A stretch of DNA of 64,000 nt from Mustelus asterias (Eukaryota): the NCBI RefSeq assembly GCF_964213995.1, contig NC_135812.1:40424001-40488000 (forward strand), given 5' to 3'. Below the pieces are notes generated by a model. That model worked only from the letters and a program-made list of their open reading frames with translations, made no database searches and was not told the DNA's origin. Of this stretch, positions 49,060 to 61,579 are shown piece after piece. The stretch's first letter is position 1, and each line of letters starts with the position of its first letter. The translations under genes and the position numbers were made by a program.

Positions 49060-51149
49060 TATTACTATGGATAGAACACCAATTAATGGACAGAAAGCAG
49101 AGAGTGGGCATAAACAGTATTTTCAAGTTGGTAAGCATTGAATAGAGGAAAACAGCAAAGATCAATTTTTGGACCTCAGCTATTTACAAACTAGTTACTT
49201 AGATGAAGAGATGGAGATTAATATATTTAAGTTTGCTGATGATATAAAGCTAGGTGGAAAGGTAAGCTGTGGGGAGGACATTGAAAGGCTGCAAAGAAAT
49301 CTAGACAAGTTAAGTGAGTAGGCAACTCGTTGGCAGTTGGAATATAATGTAAGGAAGTGTGAAATTATTCACTTTAGTCATAAGAATAAAACAGAATATT
49401 TTTGAAAAGATCCAACACTTGTAGGTGTTGATGTTCAAAAAGACTTGGGTGTACTAATTCAAAGAATGTAGAAAGTCAGCATGCAAGTACAGCAATCAAA
49501 TTAGGAAATCAAGTGACATCTTGGCCTTTATTGCAAGGAGATTGGAGAATTCTATAATTCTGCAGGCGTTTAGTGAGATTACATCTGGAGCATTGTGTGC
49601 AATTTTGGTCGTCACATTTAAGAAAAAATATTGAAGGCAGTACAGTGAAAGTTCGCTAAATTGATCACTGATCCTATGATGAGAGGCTGAGTAAATTGGG
49701 CCTTTATTCTCTGGAGTTTAAAAGAATGAGATGTAGCTATCTGATTGAGACATGCAAAATTCTGAAGGGGCTTGATGGGGTGAGAGATTGTTTCACTGAA
49801 ACAACAGGGAATCTAAAACATGGGGGCACATTCTCAGGATAAGGACCTGTTAATTTAAGACTGAGGTGAGGAGAAATTACTTCACTCTATGGGTTGTGAA
49901 TTTTTGGAATTCTATACTGCCGAGAGATGTGGATGCTCCATTGTTGACTAAATTTAAGGTTAGGATCATCAGAGTTTGCTTCTCTCAGGGAATCAAGGGA
50001 TCTGGGTAACAGCTAGAAAAGTGGAGTTGAAACTCAAGATCAGCCACGATTGTGCTGACTGGCAGGCAGAACAGGCTTGATGGAATGTGTGGTCTACTCT
50101 TGCTCCTATTTTTCATTATCTTGTCTTCTGGCATTGTGTGTCTCCATATCTTCAATAATTGTGGTTGACCCTGAACTGACCTTTGAAATTCAAGGGCAAT
50201 TAGGGATGAACAACAAATGCTTGTTGAGCAGCTAGATCTCGAGTCCACCTGTGGTAAATTGGTGAGTTTAAATAAGGTAACATTACTTTTATGTTCTTGG
50301 AGATGTAAACAACAGTCACAAGAGCCCATCCCAAGCTGCCCTGAATACTAATTTGTTTTGGATCTAAATGGCTTTCTGGAATACCTCAAAGGGCATTCGG
50401 CATCAACTGTAGTAGAACTGATAAGTAACCTTCGCTGAAGTACATTAGTAAGCATGGGCAATTAGAGAAGGGCAATAAATGCTGGACGAACCAGCAATGC
50501 CCACATTTCATGAACAAATTTCAAAAAAATTTCATAGTCCTTGTTTTCAGATGGAAGGCCACAAACTATCAGATTTATAGAATTCAGTTTGATAATTTGG
50601 GAGAGTGGCTGCTTGCTAATTCAGTGATAACAGCTGCTCTACCTTACCTAGAAATTATTTGGCTCAGTTCCTTGGTAGGAGCTTTGATGCTGCTTGCACA
50701 ATTATTGACATTTCAACAGTCATGTGAGGTTACTGTAACAGTGAGTTAAAGATAGAACATAGAACAGTACAGCACAGTACAGGCCCTTCGGCCCTCGAAG
50801 TTGTGCCAAGAGATGTTTGGTTGTCTGCCACAAATGCTTTTTAATTGGAGAAGTTGAATCTGTGGTGCATTAAAATCAGTGTGCAACTATGTTTGTAACC
50901 ATTGTGCAATTTTAACTGGGATTGCGGGTGACAGAGAAAATAGTGAGACAAGTGACTAAACCTCTGGTTATTTGTCCCTTACTACTGGCTTGAATAGGAA
51001 TGGATTAGCATGCTATCATCTCACCATAGTGAGTGTCCCATTTCAACATAATTCTCCATATCAGTAATGCCTGCACCTTCATGTAAAGTGTGCTTGTGGA
51101 ACTTTCCCATATTTTGTAAGACCCCATCATGTTCATTCTTGGCTCTGTA

Positions 51150-51600
51150 TGATTGAGGCAGAGATGTGTCCCTATCTCATATGCATTCTTGAAAGTTGAA
51201 GGTGTTTAAAGAGAGATGTGCTCACGTATGTGGAGGGCTCTTATACCGTCCAACACCACTTACCCCTGCCTCTCGGGAGGGCTTTGATGGTATGAGCCTA
51301 TACTTAGAGCTTATGGGTGCTGCCTTCAGCCAAACAGATTTTTGATGATCCCAATGTCACTGTGCTGAGCTCAGTAAAATGTGGAAGCACCTTGTCACCT
51401 CATGGTGATAAAGCAATGGCACATTCGTTTGAAGGCACTAAGACATCCTACATTAAGCATCTCTCACCCTGTAGCTATGACTATTGCAGGGAGAAAGGTC
51501 TTCTCACAAAGTTGGTAGACAGTGCTGTGCATCCCATCGCCTTGACATTCCAAGAGATTATTGATGCGACTTTCAAATGGTGATTTCTGGAGGTCAGAAC
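51150..51600 (-). mobile_element. L1/Tx1-like endonuclease fragment, very old
   Basis: Minus strand reads LKVASIISWNVK at ~51543-51580. Confidence 0.4.
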
Positions 51601-51949
51601 AGCCTTTAAGCATGCTCTGTTGCTTCAGGCAATGTGGAGGGAGCGATGGAATAGAAGTGAGTATATGATGAAGCAGAACAGTACTCATTAGCAATGACAT
51701 ATTCCCTTGAGGGCTTCGTGTTGTCTGACCATCTTGGACTTCGCAATGGTCACAACTAGCAATGAGAGCACTTTGGTTAAGAGGAGGCATCTCAATATCA
51801 GGCGGTCAAGTGTCTGACCTTGTCATGCTCTGGTGTTGTGCCTCCATATTAGAGTTAGAATAAATGCAACTCAGGATCCTACTGCTGGATGACAGTGTCA
51901 TTTCAGGGAGTGTACCATAGCCGACTGAGTCATTCCTAAGTGTACCTGG

Positions 51950-52112
51950 AATGCTGTGAACAGTTTTGCTCCCCTCATCTAAGGAAAGATATACTGGCAT
52001 TGGAGGCAGTCCAGTGAAGGTTTGCTAGTTTGATCTCAGAAATTGAGAGATTTTCTAATGAGGAGAGATTGAGTAGGTTGGGACTGTACTCATTGGAATT
52101 TAGAAGAATGAG
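51950..52112 (+). mobile_element. CR1 fragment
   Basis: SNEERLSRLGLYSLEFRRMR. Confidence 0.8.
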
Positions 52113-52269
52113 AGCTACTCTCAGCTACATTTCGTTCAAATCCTGTTATGAAGCACATTGTTCTAATTGCACGCTGATGTGGGCTCTTAATCCAATGTGG
52201 AGGGATGATTCTGGCGAGGAAGTCTTTAAGAGAAATTTTCTCAGGTATCCCCTGGGGTGCTCTGTACTT

Positions 52270-52917
52270 GTTGAACCTCACTAAACCAATACATAGACTG
52301 CGAAAGACAGTGCATAGTTAAAGAGCGAAAAGGAATTTATTTGCTAATGCATGCATCAGGAGAGAGGTACAGTCAATGAGGGTAGACTGTCCTCTCTGAC
52401 CTAATATTGCAAGGTAAAATTATTATATTATTCTGAACATATCCTACCCAGTCTCGCCAATCAGACTGGAGGGCCCAATCACAACATCACACATTATTAC
52501 CTCAGCCAATAACATTCCACCTGTCAACAGAAATAGAAGATTATTAGCCCTTCCCCTTTACCAAGGAAACCTAACCCACGTCATTACCAGTAATCAAGGC
52601 CATAACCAACATCTGTGATTTTTAATTGGTGAAAGGAGTCACTCTTTCACTGGAACCTGGGCCTCCTTTATCAGCTTGAGAGACTGCTCTAGCCTCGCTA
52701 CCCATGAACGAATTTACTCCCTTAAGTAGCAGGCCTATGATTTAAACTTGTTTTTGTGTATCCAAAAACAGATAAGGGAAGCTGCCTTTCTGTGCTCCAT
52801 TTAAAAAAAATTATTCAGTCTGTCTACCACTGTTTCCCATCATGCTGCATTTAGAACGAAGTTGGCCAAGGCGCACAATACATATGTATTGAAAATACAA
52901 TTTAAACTTATAATACA
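52270..52917 (-). mobile_element. Probable solo LTR
   Basis: TG...CA-bounded non-coding block with antisense AATAAA at ~52337 and several CCAAT motifs; no internal region. Confidence 0.35.
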
Positions 52918-53244
52918 ATACTTGGTTAATTTATGGTAGTACAGTTTATAATACCTTTGCAGTTTATAATACCTTTGCATCCTTTGTTCCAGGCACATTG
53001 TGAATTCTCACTATATATAAGGCACTTTATAATTACCTTAACCTAGTCTATTTATTATAGTAAAGCTAAAATGAAGGGCCTCATACTAAGAATTCTATAC
53101 TACCTCCCATCAAAGTCCCATAATGAGATGCTGATTTGTGCAAATTATGTTTGCGACATTTGTAGGCAGGAAATGCAGCCTGCCATTGACAGCTGCAGTG
53201 CACAATCGCTTCCTTGTTTTACATCGTTGTAAAACCAATTTTAG

Positions 53245-53400
53245 TTTGATGTGATTTGATTTATTATTGTCACATGTATTGGTATACAGTGAAAAGTATT
53301 GTGTCTTGCATGCTGTGCAGACAAAGAATACTATTCCTAGAGTACATAGGGAGAAGGAAAGGAGAGAGTGTAGATTATAAAAGCATAGAACAAGAGTAAA
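53245..53400 (-). mobile_element. Rex1 3' UTR fragment
   Basis: TTTGATTTATTATTGTCACATGTATTGGTATACAGTGAAAAGTATT matches 18243-18360. Confidence 0.85.
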
Positions 53401-53900
53401 AGATAGAATTAGAGGGTATCCTGGGGACAGCTCGCAAGAAGTCGCCTCGCTTCTGCACCATCTTGAATTGCTTGGTTTTGGGCCTTCTCACAATATTTAG
53501 CTCTCGTGCCTGCCAAGACGCTCACCACAATCGGGAGTGGAAAATCATGGCTTAAATATCCTTTTAGTGAAATGTTAATAACTATAAATAAACATCTCGT
53601 CCAGAGAGTGAACAATTTTAACTGTTGAGTCTCATTATTTCAGGCAGTGAATTGTTTTAATTTTAAACATAGGAAATTTAATGTTTTCCTTACTTTTCTG
53701 CCTGTTGTTTTCCTCTATTTGAATCCGTTGAATCCAATTTGAATTTATGTTTATTTCTGATTTGACATTGAAATCACCATTCTAATTCATCCTCCTTCTC
53801 AAACCCTCCTCAGTTTATTCCTTGACTCTTAAATCTCATTGGTTAAGGAAATACACTGCACTGATAGCCCCGCCATTCACTAATATCTCAGATGCCCTTA

Positions 53901-54030
53901 GATAAAAGCAAATTACTGTGGATCCAGGCATCTGAAGCAAAAACAAAAAAATGCTTGAAAATCACAGCAGGTCTGACAGCATCTATGGAGAGAGAATAGA
54001 CCTAACGTTTCGAGTCTGGATGACTTTTGC
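53901..54030 (-). mobile_element. Penelope-like element end with a truncated hammerhead
   Basis: AAAAGCAAATTACTGTGGAT...CAGCAGGTCTGACAGCATCT...AACGTTTCGAGTC..GACT; stem II and GAAAC retained, CUGANGA lost. Confidence 0.65.
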
Positions 54031-55134
54031 GTCTCTATTTAATTAAATAGATTTAATACATTGATTACATACATTCAAAAGAAACATCATAACCTGCAAA
54101 ACTGAAGCTCAGTTTTTTCTTCTTAGGCAATTGAACCTTCAACCTTCTTAAATTCACACCCTGGCACTTTTCCTGTTTTATTTGTTCTTAGTTCTTTCCC
54201 TCTTTGTCTTTGGATATATATTCCTAATCCTACATTCCATGTGAACAAGAAAAGAGGCAACTGCTTGCTGTCAGGAGGAACACAGGAATGCCCAGTGTTA
54301 CAGTGACTTGCTTTTTATTTTTCATGCCTACCTTACTTTCTTAGTTTATAATTTGGAAACTGAGATCATTTTTTTTTATTATTGAGGGTCTTACTGCCTT
54401 TGTGAAAAACAACTGCTTTGCAGGAATTTGTTATGTTCTAAATGTGGACATTTTGTCACAGAGTCAAAGGATACTTCTGATTTTCGCTTGCCAAAACCTG
54501 CAGATATTTTTTTTTGAGGCACTAAATTTGTTTCCTGATATAGTAGTAACTTATTCAGGAAGTAATGAATCACATAGTTCAACAATCATGCAAAAGTATT
54601 AAATGCTTAATCTTGAAATGTCTGTGCATGTTTCTAGGAAATATTTGGCTGAACAGGTAAGTGGTTCGACTTAACAGAGAAGCAACTGCACCTAAAAGAA
54701 GTCAAAATTAGTATAAATCAGCCCAGAGAGACTTGCTGCCTTGTAATGAAAAAATTGACACTTTTTTGTGTATGGTGGAGACTTTGGGAAGAAATTGGTC
54801 CTGGTTGGCCATTATTTGAACAAACGATTACCATTGGTGGTGCTATCTTCCAGGTGAGCTCTTGCACACCTGATCTGCTAATCAGTGTCCTGAGCCAGCT
54901 GCCTCTTTTCTTGTTCACATGGAATGTAGGATTAGGAATATATGTCCAAAGGCAAAGAGGGAAAGAAATAAAAACAAATGAAACAGGAAAACTGTCAGGG
55001 TGTGGATTTAAGAAGATAATCCAGTTGAAGGTTCAAATGTCTATGAAATAAAACTGAGCTTTTGCTGCTCTTAGAATCCCACTCCCAAATTTGGCAGAAT
55101 ATGTGCAGCATAGCTCTGCTCAGTTTTTCAAGAT

Positions 55135-56230
55135 CTGCCACGGTAGTGGGTTGGATCTCAAACAATGATGAGACGAAGTACAGAAAAGAGATAGAGAATC
55201 TGATGAACTGGTATTGCAACAGTAATCTCTCCCTCAATGTCAACAAAACGAAGGAGATAGTCACCGACTTCAGAAAGGGTAAAGGAGAATATGCCCCTGC
55301 CTACATCAACGGGGACGAAGTAGAAAGGATCGAGAGCTTCAAGTTTTTAGGTGTCGTCGTCCCCCCCCCCCCAATGCCAACACTATAGTTAAGAAAGCCC
55401 AGCAACACCTCTGCTTTCTCAGAAGATTAAGGAAATTTGGCATGTCAGCTACGACTTTCACCAACGTTTACAGATGCACCATAGAAAGCATTCTTTCTGG
55501 TTGTATCACAACTTGGTATGGCTCCTGCTCTGCCCAAGACCGCAAGGAACTACAAAAGGTCATGAATGTAGCCTAATCCATCACGTAAACCAGTCTCCCA
55601 TTCATTGACTCTGTCTACACTTCCCGCTGCCTCAGCAAAGCAACCAGCATAATTAAGGATGCCACGCACTCCAGACATTCTCTCTTCCACCTTCTTCCAT
55701 CGGGAGAAAGATGCAAAAGTCTGAGGTCACGTACCAACAGACTCAAGAACAGCTTCTTCTCTGCTGCTGTCAGACTTTTGAATGGATCTACCTTGCATTA
55801 AGTTGATCTTTCTCTACACCCTAGCTATGACTGTAACACCACATTCTGCACTCTCTCGTTTCCTTCTCGATGAATGGTATTCTTTGAATGTATAGCACGC
55901 AAGAAACAATACTTTTCACTGTATGTTAATATACGTGACAATAAATCAAATCAAATCAAACCAAATTCAACATGTCCGCTGCAACTCTCACCAATTTTTA
56001 CAGATGTGCCATAAAAGGTATCCTTTCCGGATGTATCACAGCTTGATATGGCTCCTGTTGTGACCAAGACCGCAAGAAACTATGAAGGGTTGTGAATGTA
56101 CGTAGCCCAGTCCATCACGCAAAGCAGCCTCCCATCCATTGACTCTGTCGACACTTTCTGCTGCCTCAGGAAAGTAGCCAGCATAATTCAGGACCCCATG
56201 CATCCCGGACATACTCTCTTCTACCTTCAG
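55135..56230 (+). mobile_element. Rex1/Babar 3' end plus a second Rex1 fragment
   Basis: TVVGWISNNDET..LNVNKTKEIVTDFR; tail AATAAATCAAATCAAATC at ~55940-55960; the segment is repeated at 55968-56230. Confidence 0.9.
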
Positions 56231-56289
56231 CAACAATACTTAGCAACGATGGTTTGAGGTTGTAGAGCAAGTAAATGCAAAAAACATTG

Positions 56290-58310
56290 CTTTTTTATTA
56301 TTCGTTCATGGAATGTAGGTGTTGCTGTCTAGGCCAGCATTTAATGCCCATCCCTAATGCTCTTAAGATGATGGTGGTGAGCCAGCTTTTTAAATTAATG
56401 CAATCCATGTGGTATAAGTACAACCAAAGTGCTGTTAGAGAGGGAGTTACAGGATTTTGACCTAATCGCAGTGAAGGAACGGTGATATAGTTCCAAGTCA
56501 CTGTGGTGTGTGGATTGGAGGAGAATATGCAGGTGGTAGTGTTCCCATGCATCTGTGGCCCTTGTTCTTCTAGGTGGTAGAGTCACAGATTTGGAAGGTG
56601 CTGTAGAAGGAGCCTTGATGAATTGCTGCAGAGCACCTAGTCGATGGTACACACTGCTGTCACTGTGGATGCGGTGCCAATCAAGCAGGCTGCTTTGTCC
56701 TAGTTGGTGTTGACCTTCTTGAGTGTTGTTGGAGCTGCACTCATCCAGGCAACTGAGGAGTATTCCATCACACTCCTGACTTGTGTATTGGAGATGGTGT
56801 ACAGGCTTTGGAGAGTCAGGACGTGAATTATTCTCTGCAGAATTCCCAGCCTCTGATCTGCTCTTGTAGCCACATTATTTATATGGCTAGTCCAGTTACA
56901 TTTCCAGTTAATGGTACTCTCAGGATTCAATGATGGTAATGTCATTGAATATCAGGGGGACACCTTGTTGGAGATGTTAATTGCCTAGCACTTGTGTGAC
57001 GTAAATGTTACCATAGAACCATAGAAATCCTACAGTGCAGAAGGAGGACATTCGGCCCATTGAGTCTGCACCGACAACAACCCCACCCAGGCCCTTTCCC
57101 CATCATCCCACATATTTACCTCACTAATCCGTCTAACCTACGCATTCTGGAACACTAAGGGGCAATTTAGCATGGCTAATGCACCTAACCCGCACATAGA
57201 AATCATAGAATCATAGAAACCCTACTGTACAAAAAGAGGCCATTCGGCCCATCGAGTCTGCACCGACCATAATCCCACCCAGGCCCTACCCCCATATCCC
57301 TACATATTTTACCCACTAATCCCTCTAATCTACGCATCCCAGGACACTAAGGGGCAATTTTAGCATGGCCAATCAACCTAACCCGCACATCTTTGGACTG
57401 TGGGAGGAAACCGGAGCACCCGGAGGAAACCCACGCAGACACGAGGAGAATGTGCAAACTCCAGACAGTGACCCAAGTCGGGAATCGAACCCAGGTCCCT
57501 GGAGCTGTGAAGCAGCAGTGCTAACCACTGTGCTACCGTGCCGCCCCTTTGGACTGTGGGAGGAAACTGGAGCACCAATAGGAAACCCAGAGAAAATGTT
57601 ATTTGCTTCTTCTCAGTCTAAGTCTGAATATTAACCAGGTCTTGCGGCATATGGGCACAGACTGTTTCAGTATCTGAGATGTCGCAAATGGTGCTGAACA
57701 TAGTGTGATCATCTGCAAACATCCCCACTTCTGACCTTATGATGGAGGAAAGTTTATTGATGAAGCAGTCGAAGATGATTGGGCCTACAGCGATATCTGG
57801 GGATTGAGCTGATTGACATGCAACAACCGCAACCATCTTCCTTTGTGCTAGGTATGACTCCAACAAGTAGGGAGTTTTCTTCCTGATTCCCATTTACTTC
57901 AACCTTGCTTGAAGCCACAATATGTCAAATGCTGCCTTGGTGTCAAGGGTATCAGTCTTACCTTTTGAGTTCAGCTTTTCTATCTGAGTTTGGATAAAGA
58001 TTGTAATGACGTCCAGAGATGGGTGATCCTGGTGGAAACTGGTTGTCAGTAAGCAGGTTATTGGTGAGTAATTGCCTTTTGATAGCACTGTTTCCACTAC
58101 TTTGCTGATGATTAAGAGTGGACTGATGGGGCAGTAATTGAGTTAGAGTTGTCCTGCTTTTTGCGGACAGGACATATCTGGACAATTGTCCACGTTGTCG
58201 GGTGGATGTTGTTATAGCTGAAACAGCTTGGCTAGGGATGTAGCTAGTTCTGGAGCACAAGTGTTCAGTACTATTGCCGAAGTGTTTTCAAGGCCCATAA
58301 CCTTTGCAAC
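56290..58310 (-). mobile_element. DIKAAF-type LINE 3' part, interrupted by nested SINEs
   Basis: MEYSSVAWMSAAP (56700-56945), MFADDHTMF (57618-57893), LDTKAAFDILW (57894-58097). Confidence 0.85.
57012..57590 (-). mobile_element. HE1-like SINE with a full second copy (57196-57545) nested inside
   Basis: Outer copy is broken at CCGCACAT|CTTTGGACTG; inner copy is complete from tail to head. Confidence 0.9.
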
Positions 58311-59077
58311 ATCCTGCTGGCAGTAGTACTAGAAGTAATTCAGACACAAGAGTGACTCCACTTCACAGCCTTATTACATTGCGCAGGAGCTTATATCACT
58401 ATAGCTCCTGCACTAACAGATCTTCCCTCCCTTACTTTCCATCACTGTCGCCCAATATCAGCAGAACATTTCATTGCACCTTCTGTTTGCATTTGCACAT
58501 CTGCACATCTGCACCCACTGCTGCCTTCCAAGTTACAACCCCCTCTTCACATCTATTGCTGTGATCTGGATCGCTGTTTCCTCTTCACCACACCTTCTGG
58601 TGTCCTTTTCACCACACCTGATGCTGAATTCTATTTATATTGCCCTCTCATATTACCTAGAGTTGTGGTAATGAAATAGTAAGAAGTTTTGACACAATAT
58701 GAAATTCAATTCAATGATGGGCGGACAGTTATTTATTTCCTTCTCACAGTTTTGTTGATAAATCTTAAACGTTTGTGGTGCCTATATAGCCTTAGAAGTT
58801 AACATTCTTTAAATTGCCCACCTAAACCAAAGTGACTCAGCTGTAATTTGCCAAGCAATAGCTATAGACTTCTTATTGGCCAATTTCCAAGTTGTACTTC
58901 CGAGTTTACATGGACAGGATTCCCTCCAGGATCTCACCCACCTCGATCTAGAAGCAATTTTACAATAGGGTGGGCAGAACCTCAGGATGGGGGACTCTTT
59001 GCCTAGTTATGGTTCCTAGATTGAGCCGGTGGGGTGGGGAGATAGAAAAATTTTAAATCCTAAATCTCGGGCTTCTG

Positions 59078-59161
59078 ATATGTGTATGTATGTATATATG
59101 TGTATGTGAATGTATGTACATATGTGTGTGTGCATATACAAATGTGTGTGTGTGTTTGTGT
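59078..59161. repeat. (TG)n/(TATG)n microsatellite
   Basis: Directly visible in the sequence. Confidence 0.9.
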
Positions 59162-59465
59162 ATTACTGAATAAACAGACTTGCTATTGAAGCTTTTCGCC
59201 TTGCACCCTTCAGGTCACATACACCAGAATGCCAACTGTAAAAGGAATAATAATTCATACTGAATGAGAAGAGAGCGTTGATTGGTTGGCAAGTTAACTC
59301 TGATTGATAGAGGCATTGCCATGGAGAATGCACCACTGAACTAGTAACTAGTGTTTGCTTAAATTCAAATTAGACAGGTTGACTTTAATTATTTAAGGCA
59401 TTACTATGGGTAGTGAACAGGGAGTTGCTGACCTCAAGCTTTAGTTTACTTGTAAAAGTTACAAT

Positions 59466-59939
59466 GGGCCTGATTTTACCATTTCATTCTAAGTGCTGAA
59501 TCTGGGCACAATTCAGATCCAACTTGGAAAACTGTTCTCAGCTGCCCCCATACGCACTTAGCCAGGGAAAAAAAATCACGGGTCTGAATTGCACTGTGGG
59601 CAGGGCTTATCGCGCCTGAAATGCTGCTAGTCTGATCGGAGCTTTGAACTGCGCATGCGCAGAGAGAAAAACATTTGAAAAAAGCATGCCCCTGTCACAT
59701 CGTCCCCGGGCCACAAAAAGCGGGAGCGATGGCCCCCACAGACATCGCCCCACCCCCACAACATAACTGTCCCCCTTATCCAGCCACACCCTCGCTATCC
59801 AGACCGATCACGGCCCTCTGCACCCCCCCCTCCCACCCATCACCTACAGAGTGGCAGCAGTCCCCACCTGCCCACACCCTCACCAGAGATCCCGACTTTA
59901 CCAAGTTTTCGGGCATGACACAGTGGTACAATTGGGCCT
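59466..59939. mobile_element. Harbinger-type MITE with AAT target-site duplication
   Basis: AAT|GGGCCTGATTTTACCA ... TGGTACAATTGGGCCT|AAT. Confidence 0.8.
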
Positions 59940-59942
59940 AAT

Positions 59943-61554
59943 GGGCCCGATTTTACCATTTGGAGTCTAAGGGCCGGATCCGGGCATAATACAGATCTGA
60001 GCCCGGAATCCTCTTTGCAGCGCGCCCATACGCTTTTTGCCGGCTCTTGTCCGATCCGTGCAGTGGGCGGGGCTTAGCGCTGCTGGAACGATCGGAACTC
60101 TGAACTGCGCAAGAGCAGTTCGAAAAAAAATCTGAAGCAGCGCGCCCAGGCGCGAAAGAAAAAAACAGCAGAGAGGGGGGGAGGATGGACTTGGGAGAAT
60201 CTTGCAAACTGAAAATAATGAAGCATTTTCTTTGTGCTGCCTAATTATCTATGGGAAAAATAATTAAACTACAGTGTCCTAGTGAGCAATTAGTGACCTG
60301 TATAATACATTTGTGATCTGTAACTGGATTGTTGATGTCCCTGTAGCCATGAGCCAGGTGCTCAAATGTTCAGTCATGTGGTGAACTTGGAAGAATTGTC
60401 ACCGTGGTGGAACTTGGTTGGAAATAAGATTCAAGGAGATTGCTAAATCTGGGAAATCAACCATTGAGAAAAGAAGTTTGTATTGGCAACTCTTCTCTCA
60501 CATTCCATGGCAGATGTGCCCCTACTTCTGAATGTGATTTGCATGGGCAACGTTGGGTGCAGCTAATCTGCCTCTGGAGCAGCCTTGGATCCTTTCCTTC
60601 ATCTTGTTTTCATCTGAACATTGCACAGAATTAGAGGAATTCCCTTTGGAAGATAATGTCAAAATTATAATCGCAGGAACTAAAAACCTGACAGTCAAAA
60701 ATTTGGGAAAATATTTCAAAATATGGATGGGGGATATATATTTGAAAATCACAAATATATTATACAGGTCACTAATTGCTCACTAGGACACTGTAGTTTA
60801 ATTACCTTTGCCATAGATAATTAGGCAGTGCAAAGAAGATGCTACATTATTTTCAGTTTGCAAGATTCTCCCAAGTCCAACCTCCCCCCCCCGCCCCAAC
60901 TTGAGATCCATCTGAGCCTGCCCCCCTCCTCTGGCGGACGCCAGCGGAAGGCCAGGAAGGTTTTGCAGGCTCTCGAAGGACTGCAGGTCGGAAGGATGGT
61001 GGAGGGAGACCAGCGATCGTGGTAGGTTGGGGGTGTGCTCTGCCGAGGGGGGCCTGCCTCCCAGGGGGGGTCTGATCCCGGGGGCGGGGGGGGGGGGGGC
61101 CTGCCGGTGGACCTGCCTCCCAGGGGGTTCTGATACCAGGGGGGCGGGGGTGGTCTGCCAGGAGGACTTGCCTCCCAGGGGGGGTCTGATCCGGTGGGGG
61201 GGGGGGGGGTCTGCGAAGGATGGTCGAGGAGGATGGGCTTCGGAGGTTCCCCTGCAGAATAGAAATCTGCAGGTTGCTTACAGCGTGGATCCGGAATGGA
61301 CCAGAAGACGGTAAAGTGGGATTTCCTGGTAGAGTTGGGCGCGCGGTTCATTAAGTCGATTTAAATGCATGCTAATGCATTTCAATCATCGGGCCACCCA
61401 ATTCAGGCGCGGACTGGACCCGCGCCCAAATCAGGTGTCAGTAAAGCCGCGATCTGCTCGGATTCGGGTGCAGATCGCGTTAAAGGCCCGACGCCCGACT
61501 TTACCGTGATTTCGCGCCTGAAAACGGGTGCGTATTTTTGATAAAATCAGGCCC
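59943..61554. mobile_element. Harbinger-type MITE with AAT target-site duplication, containing a long inverted repeat and GC-rich tandem units
   Basis: AAT|GGGCCCGATTTTACCA ... TGATAAAATCAGGCCC|AAT; three GCCTCCCAGGGGG..TCTGAT units at ~61050-61195. Confidence 0.82.
60175..60890. repeat. ~140-bp inverted repeat pair (foldback element)
   Basis: 60175-60317 is the approximate reverse complement of 60748-60890. Confidence 0.9.
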
Positions 61555-61579
61555 AATGTGTTGCGTCTTCTGTCTCGAA

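Larger units (their letters stand above)
47200..50120 (+). mobile_element. Old CR1 LINE with several MITE insertions
   Basis: Degenerate DKSLRPD, IVYLNFQIAFDEVSHKRL, KFADDIKLGG and CR1 3' UTR at ~50030-50120. Confidence 0.8.

Noticed and set aside
52270-52917. Missing 5' LTR of the ERV at 30113-36102
   Set aside because: No visible similarity to the 3' LTR and no adjacent PBS or gag
52942-52979. 18-bp tandem duplication CAGTTTATAATACCTTTG
   Set aside because: Ordinary slippage duplication with two copies only
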